Origin: Naegleria gruberi
Lineage: Eukaryota
Direction: 5' to 3' (one strand)
Assembly (NCBI GenBank): GCA_000004985.1
Contig: GG738913.1
DNA: 64,000 bases
Shown here: one piece after another, positions 54,815 through 64,000 of the stretch
Layout of the letters: every line of letters begins with the position of its first letter
Numbering within the stretch: position 1 is the first letter of the stretch
Notes under the pieces: model-generated
What the model was told of the DNA's origin: nothing
Database searches by the model: none
The model's input: the letters and a program-made list of their open reading frames with translations, nothing else
Translations under genes and position numbers: made by a program

Positions 54815-55390
54815 ATGAGATTCGTCAGAGAGCGTCTTGAAGTCGTTACCTGTTACATTCCTTTCAGTGGTGAGGCGGTTGGTGATAACACTTCTCAAAC
54901 TTTCCAGAAGACTCCTGGTAAGAACCATTATCCATCCAATGCTTGCTTTAACGTTTTTTGGTATCAACAACCAACATGGACACCACCTATCTGCAAGTAT
55001 CTAATAGAATATTATGATACTCTCAAATCATTACCAAGTGCTTCGGAAGGTACTAGTGCTGTTGTTAGATTAAGTTCCACAAGAAAAACTGGTAACAACG
55101 CTTTTATTAGAAGTTCAGGCTCTGGATTTTACATTCTTCCCAACACAATTATTACAAATAGTCATGTTGAAGCTGAACTTGAGAGAATTGGTGGTAAAAT
55201 AACTGCATCCAGCAATGCATGGAGCAATAACAATTCAGCAATTTTGCCTACCAGGATCAGAACCTTGCATTCTGGGAAAACTATCAAAGATTCCCAATTA
55301 GAGTCATTCCAAGCTACAAGCCACCGGTATCTTGATGGGTTAAAAAATAAAATATTCTATTTATTATATAATAATTATATACGTTATTAG
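54815..55390 (+). pseudogene. truncated duplicate of the trypsin-like peptidase gene (N-terminal ~165 codons only); homology ends ~55300 where sequence turns into subtelomeric repeat with a degenerate telomere-like seed
   Basis: 54750-55300 is ~97% identical to 46620-47170, including 60 bp of 5' flank and the His-motif region. After ...KTIKDSQL the reading frame diverges (ESFQATSHRYLDGLKNKIFYLLYNNYIRY*) and the serine-motif half is absent. GGGTTGGGTTTGGTTAGG lies at 55438-55455. Confidence 0.55.
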
Positions 55391-55989
55391 TTTTGACTGA
55401 ATCGTTCTAGAAAAAAAGTTATGTTCAAAAAACTATGGGTTGGGTTTGGTTAGGATTCAGAGTTGATTTATTTGGGTTATTTAAGAGATTACTTAGTGAA
55501 GATTCATATCATTGATTATATTTCTTATCATCTATTAATGATGTAAATTTGATGGTTTCATTTCTTATATTGATAGATATATAAAGGTCAGGTCAGTACT
55601 AACTTTTGTATTATGGACTTTGAGAAGTCAAATGTTTGGGACGTGAATCTACTCATTAGATCGTGTTGGTATTGCTAATAAAGGAACATTTCATTGATTT
55701 ATTGATTATAACGGTCAAATTGAGTTGAATGGAAGTGAATCACATGTTGATTGATCGTGGATGGGTAGTTTCGCCACGAAGAGGTGCAACTACCAACCTT
55801 TGTAGATTGAATCAGGTTGATTTGCATGCAATATGAATAAGTAACATTATCAAGAGTGATTATTCACCAATTCAATAATCAATATTCAATAATCGGTTTG
55901 ATTTCAATCAATAGCTTGCTCATCAAGCTTTGAATCAAGATTCCAGTAATTAACGGCAGTCTATTTTTAAATTTAATCAAAGACCATAT

Positions 55990-57870
55990 ATAGCATCTTG
56001 ACTTTTGTGATCTGGAAACTATCTAGATGTGTTCTATATTGAATAATCTATTTGAAAATGAGAAGAATTGACTCTTTTATTGAGTTTTATTGGTATTGAA
56101 TGGTATTACGATTATAATAATCTTCACAAAAATCACTCTTGAAATATAAACTGTACTACAATGTATGAGAAACATAATGGTGGTGGAATTAATCAATAAA
56201 TCGTTGAAATGACTGAGAGGGAATGTAAACTATGGTCTATTTGTCATGTAATGGTGACTAGACAGTGTCAATTTCATCAAATTATTTCAAACTGATTACA
56301 TTCAATAAAAAACAGTACTATACATCAACCATGTCATATAGAATGAGTTTCAATATTTAATATTGTGAACTGACTCTGTTGGATACCATCTCTATAAATA
56401 TAACTAGTTGAAAAGTGTCAACATTCAATTTCACATGCATGTTACTATGGAGAGTCATCATTATATCATCTAGATAGGTAATATTTCAAGTTTCAGTGGA
56501 ATTGACTGTCTACACATTGAGATGTGTATACTAAGGTTGAAGAAGTGTCACCTTCACTGATTACTGACTTGAGTATAACAATTGAATATATTATTCTTGT
56601 ATAAATAATTCATAATTCAATGATTTTGATATGATGGTAAAATTTAATTTTGGAATTAAGACACTTCCTATTGATTACCTTAGATGTTTCCTTAGTTGAC
56701 TTGAAGATATTGAGCCATGAATATAAAACTTTCTCAGATTGTTCTCCTCATGAAGGGAAGTGTATTAATATTTAATACTTGTATGATATTTTGAAAAATG
56801 AATGAGATAGAGTATATTCTATATGTTGAATTATGACAATTTGACAGATTGTTATTATTATCATATTGAATTCAATTCTAACGGTATAAAATTGGTACCA
56901 GATGTATAATAGTGTGATTAAACGTATTGGGTAAAGTTACAGAATGATTGGATGTACTTTCACTGAGATGGAGTGTTCACTAGGATATATATAGTGTTGA
57001 TATTGAACATTTACTGATTAATTTTATGAAAATAGTTTGAAATGTTTCTAAACTATTTTAGATGTATTTAATTGATATATAGATTATGTATTATCAATTC
57101 TAGACTTGTTATAAGTAAAATGAGTGATTTTTAGTATAATCTATGATATCATGTCAAATGTCTATAGTAAATTGATAGAGTTGACATCTCGACCTCTACT
57201 TAACCAATATATATGAAATTGATACCACATACTAATTAGAGTGTCTACATACCATTATATCAATTTCAGTGAAATTGGAGTTGTTTCTGGACCCTTCAGA
57301 TTTCCATCCATTCTCCTGACAAATCGCCATGTACTATCTACTGGATGCATTTCTTGAAATGAAAACATATAATTTGATGAAAGTCCACTTTATTTGAGAT
57401 GTAGAACACGATATTATCATTTATTATGAGATTGGTAACTTTTCCTATAGTGTCATCCTTGATTGTCTTAATTGACCAAAAGAGTAAAGGAGATAATTCA
57501 AAACATAAAATAATTGATATTTTCGAGATGTACTAATGATTTCCAATCGATTGATATGTATTTTGTAGATTGAGGATGTGGTTTTCTATATTCAAGATTT
57601 CCTGATCTTCCCAAGTCAACCTTGATAAATCACCCTTTACCTTAGTGAAAGATAGAATATTCACCAAAATGTCTGAAAACTGAACCATATGCAGTATTTG
57701 AGATGTTGAACATGATGGTAATGTTTCATAGAGTGGTCATTTTCCAGATTTTCATTCATGTCCATAGTTGACTAGTTGGTATGAAAGGGATGAAATCATG
57801 AATATGAAAGTTAAAATAAACGTGATATTCTATCTCTACTGATCGAATGGAGCATTTTCATATAGGTTTG
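55990..57870. repeat. subtelomeric mosaic repeat, copy A (~1.9 kb, AT-rich, non-coding)
   Basis: Sub-blocks recur at 59440-59940 (vs 55990-56500, ~85%), 60040-60290 and 61540-61900 (vs 56680-57010, ~88%), and 61980-62650 (vs 57120-57800, ~90%). Confidence 0.8.
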
Positions 57871-58251
57871 TGGGTTGGTGGGGTTTGGGTGAGTTTTATA
57901 CACTTTCATACAATAGAGTGATATTGAAATGTACCCTTTGATATTTCTGGATGGGTAGCATGATTTAGTGATGATTCCGACAATAAAAATCATATATTGT
58001 TCATATAATTATCAAGATATTGTATAATTTATTAAATATAAAGTGGGTAATATTGAATATTCTTTGTAGGAGCGGAAGCACTTATTCTTGTCAGTTGGAG
58101 TCAGTATTGTATTAAGGTTCATTTAAGGAATCTTAAAAAAATACAATAACAACTCACCTGCATCAACATCATCAAGTATATCATCTATATTGAATATAAA
58201 GNNNNNNNNNNNNNNNNNNNNNNNNNNNNNNNNNNNNNNNNNNNNNNNNNN

Positions 58252-59233
58252 GGGAAAGACATTCACAGAGCACGAGTTTGATTGGTTCGAAGATATTGAA
58301 ACAAATATTCCAATTCATCTTGGAAATTTTATCAAAGCTGTGTCGGCTGCTGCTTATTTTGATGGAGATAGAAAGCAAAGTATTGATATTTTGGATGAAT
58401 GTATCAAAACTGATCCAAAGAATATTTATATTCACTATTTGAAGGCATCTTGTTTAAACAATCTCACTAGTTCAGAGTCAGACCTTAATATTGTTCGCAA
58501 TAATTACTCAGATGCTATTCATCATTTGGAGAAGGCATTGGCCTATCTTGAAAATATTCCAAAGTTGCCACTTCCTACTCTTGCAAAGACTAATTTTTCA
58601 CACGAAATTGAAGAACCAGAAAAACAGGTTGAAAGAATTAACGATCTCAAATTCACACCAATTTGTTTATTATTGGCCAACGTGTATGCAAGAGCTGCTG
58701 AATCTGGAGTTTCAATAGATTTGCGACACATTTACGGTGCAAAGGGGGTCGATTATGTCAGACAAGTTGAATTATATTCAAGATCACCTAATGAGCCTTA
58801 TTTGTATATGAGTAAGGGAGGTTGCTATTATGCTTGTGGTATGTATGAATTGGCAGTCAATGCCTATTCTTCTGTTGAAAGATTTGAAGCAGTTTTGGAT
58901 CCAAACGCCATCATTGACTCTCTTTGTTATGCTTCGAATGGAATGGTTGCTCTTGGGTATTCTGATAAGTGTTTGGAAGCAATGGAATTTTATATTGAAA
59001 AATATAATAATGATGCGAGATTAGTTTTTCAAAAGATTCTCTGTAAAGAGTACATGTGTAGATCAAAGGATGAATTGAGACAGGTTTTGAAAGAATTCGA
59101 ACAATTAAAGGAGAGCATTCAAGATTTGAAACTCACTCCATGGATTTATTCAAGGGTTAACGAGCAAACCGATGCAAGAATTAACGATATTTTTGCAGCT
59201 ATCAACAATCCACAAATTGCTGAACGTTGGTAA
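58252..59233 (+). CDS. hypothetical protein (5' end in gap 58202-58251), embedded between subtelomeric repeats
   Basis: Long ORF (…GKTFTEHEFDWFEDIETNIPIHLGNFIKAVSAAAYFDGDRKQSIDILDECIKTDPKNIYIHYLKASCLNN…) with coding-like composition, in contrast to flanking repeats. No recognisable domain; possibly helical-repeat (TPR-like). Confidence 0.45.
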
Positions 59234-59439
59234 TAACTAAGCACATGGTCTAAGTTTGAAAAGGTGTTAAATAAACATCTTTTAACTTACCATTGTGATA
59301 TATAATAGTCTGATCTACATGTGTTGCAAACAGGAAGGTGTACCTTCCTATATTTATTGAGATAATCAATAAAGTTTGGAATGTGTCAGAAAAACTTGCC
59401 CTCTCGCCATTTTGCCATATTTGAGATCTGGACTTTTAT

Positions 59440-60290
59440 AGTCTGGAAATAGGGTAGACGTGTTCCATATTCAATAATCTATATGAAAAAAAGAAGAAAT
59501 AAAATTAACTCTTGAATTGAGTATATAACGACTATTGATATTACTATATATATATATATGGTATTTGGATAATAAATTCCACAGAAATCACTCTTGAAAT
59601 ATAAAATGCACTAGAGTATGTGAGAAACATAATGGTGGTGAAACTGACCAATAACTCGCTGAAATGACTGATATGGAATGTAAACTATGGTCTATTATTC
59701 ATGTAAGTGTGACTAGACAGTGTCAATTCCACTATAGTATTTCATACTGGATTGAAATCATCAAATATACTTCTATACATCACATATATCATGTAGAACT
59801 AGTTTCAATATTTAATATTGTGAGATGACTCTGTTGGATACCATCTCTATAAATATAACAAGATGAAAAGTGTCAATATATGTTTTCACATACATGTTAC
59901 TATGAAGAGTCATCATTATATCATCTAAATAGGTAGTATTTATATATAACAATTGAACATATGATTCCTGTATCAATAATTCATTATTCAATGATTTAGA
60001 TATGATGGTAAAATTTAATTTTGGAATTAAGATTCTTCCCTATTGATTACCTTAGATGTTTCCTTAGTTGACTTGAAGTTTTTGAGCCATCAATATGAAA
60101 CTTTCACAGATTGTTCTCCTCACCAAGAGGAGTGTATTCATATTGATACTTGTATGATATTTTGTAAAATGAATGAGATGGAGTATATTTTATATGTTGA
60201 AATGTGACAATTTGACAGATTGTTATTATTATCATACTGAATTCAACTCTAATAGACTTAAATTGATACCATATGTAGGTTGGGTTTGGT
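59440..60290. repeat. subtelomeric mosaic repeat, partial copy B
   Basis: Homologous to 55990-56500 and 56680-57010. Ends at a TAGGTTGGGTTTGGTTA telomere-like seed (60278-60293). Confidence 0.75.
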
Positions 60291-61539
60291 TAACCTGGCG
60301 CCGGACGATTTTGTCCAAAAATCCTGCCTTTCGACCTAAAATTTTTTAGCTATGCCTTCTACACATCTATTTCTATCTACCATATTAATATCTAGTCTTG
60401 TCTTTAAGTAGTTTTCGAGAAAATAGCCTCTGATTAGAGGTCATTTTTCAATAAAATTTTCCCGCGGAAATTTCCCCGCTTTTAGNNNNNNNNNNNNNNN
60501 NNNNNNNNNNNNNNNNNNNNNNNNNNNNNNNNNNNTTAAGCACTGAGAGAAGCGTTTTTAAATTTTATTTTGATGAAATAAATCAAAATTTATTACGCAC
60601 AACACATCAAGAACAAGAACAGCAACATGCTGATACACCATCATCATCACTGGGTGAAGTGGCCATCATTGTTGTATAATTTCTTGGAATTTATTGGATT
60701 AACAGTAAATTTTGGAATTACTCTCCTATTGAAGATGGAACATCAGCAACATCACCAAGATGATCTTCAATTGGATAGTATTGTTTTCAGGAGTGGTTTC
60801 ACGCTTTTTGTGGGCTCTTTCAACATACCATCATCAGAATGGTCATCATCTTGTTGAGGGAAGATGTTCAACCTTGTTTTGGAAGGTAGAATATCTTACC
60901 ACCACTCTATTCTCCTATTTTGATTGGATTGGTGGAGGTGTCACCACCTCTTCATATATTACATCAAGTTGAATCTTCCCTCCATCATTTGATGGGGGAG
61001 CAACTTCTCCCTTCCATATTGTTTAATAAATTATTGTTATTATCATATAATGATACAATTATTGTTGTTGTTTGTTGTTAATTGTTGTTCTTAATAGAAA
61101 CCGACAATTCCCCCTTAATAAGTTATACAACCACTTGGTTATTCGTATGAATTATTTCTAGATAATAATGCTATAGCACTGTTGGTTCAGTGGTTGTATG
61201 TTGGAATGTCAATTAAGGGACGAGTGATCGATTCAAGGTCATTTTACTAACTTATTCAATTTTACCACCTTATTTTTTTAGATCTTCCTTAATACTTAAC
61301 AATTTTAAAAGATATTGATACCACATATACAATACTATGTATAAACAACTGTATGTAATTTTAAATTGATTTAGTCAACTATTCATTGAGAAAGAGTATG
61401 ATCTGTGACATGATGTGTTGACAACTTTACAAATATTAATTTAAACGATATAGTTATTTAGAAGAGTCCTATTAATTTGTAATAAATATACTATATTTCA
61501 ATTTTCAATTGTTGAATTGATGTACTTAATTGACTTGTC

Positions 61540-63010
61540 TATTCTAAGGTTACTTAGTTGACTTGAAGATATTGAGCCATGAATTTGAAACTTTCTCAGA
61601 TTGTTCTCCTCATCAAGAGGAGTCTATTCATATTTGATACTAGTATGATATTTTGTAAACTGACTGAGATGGAGTGTAATCTTTTTATTGAAATGTGTCA
61701 TTTTGAAAGATTGTTATTATTATCATACTGAATTCAATTCTAACTGTATGAAATTGATACCAGATGTATAATAGAGTGATTAAAGGTATATGGTAAAGTT
61801 ACAGGATGATTGGATGTACTTTCACTGATATGGAGTGTTCACTAGGATATATAAAGTGTTGAGATTGAACATTTACTGATTAATTTTATGAAAGTAGTTT
61901 GAAATGTTTCTAAACTATTGTAGATGTATTTAATTGATGTATAGGCTATGTGGTATTAATTCTAGACTGATTATATGTAAAATGAGTGAGTTGGAGCATA
62001 ATCTATGATATCATGTCAAATGTCTATAGTAAATTGATAGAGTTGACATGTCGACATCTACTGAACCAATATTCATGAAATTGATATCATATTCTAATTA
62101 GAGCGTCTACATGTCATGATATTGATTTCAGTGAAAATGGAATTGTTTCTAGACCCTTCAGCCATCAATCCAACCTGACAAATCACCATGTACTATCCAC
62201 TGGATGCATTTCTTGAAATGAAAATATGTAATTTGATGAAAGTCCACTTTATTTGAGATGTAGAACACGATATTATCATTTATTTTGAGATTGGTAACTT
62301 TTCCTATAGTGTCATCCTTAATTGTCTTAATTGACTAAAAGAGGTCAAGGAGAGATTTCAAAACATAAAATAAATTATATTTTCGAGATGTACTATTGAT
62401 TTCCAATCGATTGATATGTATTTTGTAGATTGAGGATGTGGTTCTTTATTTGAAGAGTTCCTCCTTAACTTACCAAGTAAACCCTGATATTTCACCCTTT
62501 ACCTTACTGAATGATGGAATATTCACCAAAATATCTGTAAACTGAACCATATATATTATTAGATGAGTAGAGATAGAATATAAAGTTTATTTTAACATAC
62601 ATATTCATGATTTCATCCCTTTCATACCATCTAGTCAACTATGGACATGGATGAATTTCTGGAAAATGACCACTCAATGAAACATCACCATCATGTTCTA
62701 CATCTCAAATGGAGCATTTTCATGTATATATTGTTGATTGAAGTGATGTATTTGATAGACTTGATCTGACCTGTCAATCCTTAAAGTCAACCTTATAAAG
62801 TCAACCATTATCTTCCTACAGTTCCATTTCTTGTTCTTATGATATGATATTGNNNNNNNNNNNNNNNNNNNNNNNNNNNNNNNNNNNNNNNNNNNNNNNN
62901 NNTACTCAGTTGACTAGATGGTATGATAGAGTTGAAATCATGAACATGAAAGTGAAAATAAACTTAATATTCTATCTCTACTCATCGAATGGAGCATTTT
63001 CATGTATATA
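61540..63010. repeat. subtelomeric mosaic repeat, copy C, including an inverted ~110-bp module (62560-62650) and a direct copy of it (62905-63010)
   Basis: 61540-62560 is colinear with 56680-57730. 62560-62650 is the reverse complement of 57735-57850. The module 'ttgactag(t/a)tggtatga(a/t)ag(g/a)g(a/t)tgaaatcatgaa(t/c)atgaaagt(t/g)aaaataaac' recurs in forward orientation at 62905-63010 and, more diverged, at 47900-47990 and 63240-63330. Confidence 0.75.
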
Positions 63011-63159
63011 TTGTTGATTGAAGTGATATATTTGATAGAGTTGGTCTGACTTGTCTTTCTCTAAAGTCAACCATAATATATCAACATTTACCTTCCCATG
63101 GTACCATTTCTGATTTTTATGATAAGAAAATGAATTCTATATCATTATATATCATCTAC

Positions 63160-63720
63160 ATCATGCTGGTAAAGTTTCAATAGGTGGTCCTTTTTCAAGA
63201 TTTCATCCTTTTCATCAAAGTAGACCATGTGTGATTGAGTGAAGAAATCTCTAAATATGAAAGTTAAAATAAATTTGATATTCGATGTATACTCATCAAA
63301 TGGAACATTTTCATATCAGGATTTAATATGTTTTGATGAGAAACTCAAAAGTTATTGTTGACCTATTGTACCTCACAACTTCCCTTTTTACTTGATACTT
63401 TTATACCTACTGACTTGAACTTTTGAAATTTCATGTGAACCTAATGATGAATACTGTTAATGATGATATAAACTATATAATCTCATTAAAGGATTTTGAA
63501 ATTATCATTCTTCCTATGGTTTCATTTTTGAAATTTTAATCTGACATTATTTACAAAGTTAATATTTTATAAATTGATAAACTAAATATACCACGTTATT
63601 CTACTCATCATTGGCTATCGAATGATATAAAATTTAATGATATTTGAATAAGTTTATAATTTTGGGCTAGGGTTTGAAGGTTGGGTTTAGAAGAATTCTA
63701 TTTTTAGAATTGGTTGTTGT
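63160..63720. repeat. telomere-associated sequence (TAS) copy 2
   Basis: Near-identical to 47830-48360, and likewise directly abuts GGGTTT hexamers. Confidence 0.85.
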
Positions 63721-64000
63721 TGGTTTGGGTTTGGGTTTGGGTTTGGGTTTGGGTTTGGGTTTGGGTTTGGGTTTGGGTTTGGGTTTGGGTTTGGGTTTGG
63801 GTTTGGGTTTGGGTTTGGGTTTGGGTTTGGGTTTGGGTTTGGGTTTGGGTTTGGGTTTGGGTTTGGGTTTGGGTTTGGGTTTGGGTTTGGGTTTGGGTTT
63901 GGGTTTGGGTTTGGGTTTGGGTTTGGGTTTGGGTTTGGGTTTGGGTTTGGGTTTGGGTTTGGGTTTGGGTTTGGGTTTGGGTTTGGGTTTGGGTTGGGTT
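63721..64000 (+). repeat. terminal array of telomere-like hexamers (GGGTTT)n running to the end of the window; G-rich strand 5'->3' toward the end, as expected for a right-hand chromosome end
   Basis: Perfect tandem GGGTTT from 63721 to the last bases (…gggttgggtt). Preceded by the same TAS as the internal array. Confidence 0.85.

Noticed and set aside
60627-60972. His-rich 76-aa and 70-aa ORFs (MLIHHHHHW...)
   Set aside because: Located in repeat-rich subtelomeric DNA next to a gap. Low-complexity (cat/cac runs). No supporting domain.
1-64000. Prokaryotic operon / defence-island interpretation of the gene clusters
   Set aside because: Genes have GT-AG introns. The tRNA lacks an encoded CCA and has a Pol III oligo-T terminator. 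Telomere-like arrays are present. There are no Shine-Dalgarno-spaced overlapping ORFs. The window is nuclear eukaryotic DNA.

Overview
This window is eukaryotic nuclear DNA, not prokaryotic. It is AT-rich, carries an assembled scaffold's runs of N, and has spliceosomal introns with GTAAGT/GTATGT donors and AG acceptors. Most introns I can place are only about 31-95 nt, with one of 224 nt. There is a tRNA-Trp with no encoded CCA and a downstream oligo-T stretch. Two arrays of the hexamer GGGTTT (TTTGGG/CCCAAA) are present, one at the window end and one internal.

Positions 1-39 kb are an ordinary gene-dense region rich in signalling genes:
- a 5'-truncated adhesion-GPCR-like receptor (NHL propeller, EGF modules, GPS motif, 7TM, C-terminal RGS domain);
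- a protein with three thioredoxin-like domains;
- a PH-domain/ankyrin-repeat protein;
- a large DUF4116-like repeat protein ending in a protein-kinase domain that carries an in-frame TAA;
- a convergent pair of two-TM receptor-like proteins, one ending in an RGS domain and one in a class III nucleotidyl cyclase domain;
- cathepsin C with three introns;
- a flavin amine oxidase;
- a 7TM protein;
- a tandem triplet of paralogous genes of unknown function with tRNA-Trp between the first and second.

Positions 39-64 kb look subtelomeric. A kinase-like gene and a convergent RhoBTB-like (Rho GTPase + 2 BTB) gene are duplicated on either side of an internal (GGGTTT)n array. A trypsin-like protease gene is duplicated, with the second copy truncated. 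A roughly 2-kb mosaic repeat family recurs three times, with degenerate telomere-like seeds at its junctions. An identical 540-bp telomere-associated sequence precedes both (GGGTTT)n arrays, and the terminal array runs off the window end.

The organism cannot be assigned from sequence alone. An intron-poor, short-intron protist with expanded receptor-cyclase/RGS signalling is compatible, but that is inference. Several ORFs in the supplied track are artefacts of translating gaps (X runs) or the telomere repeat (GLGL...).
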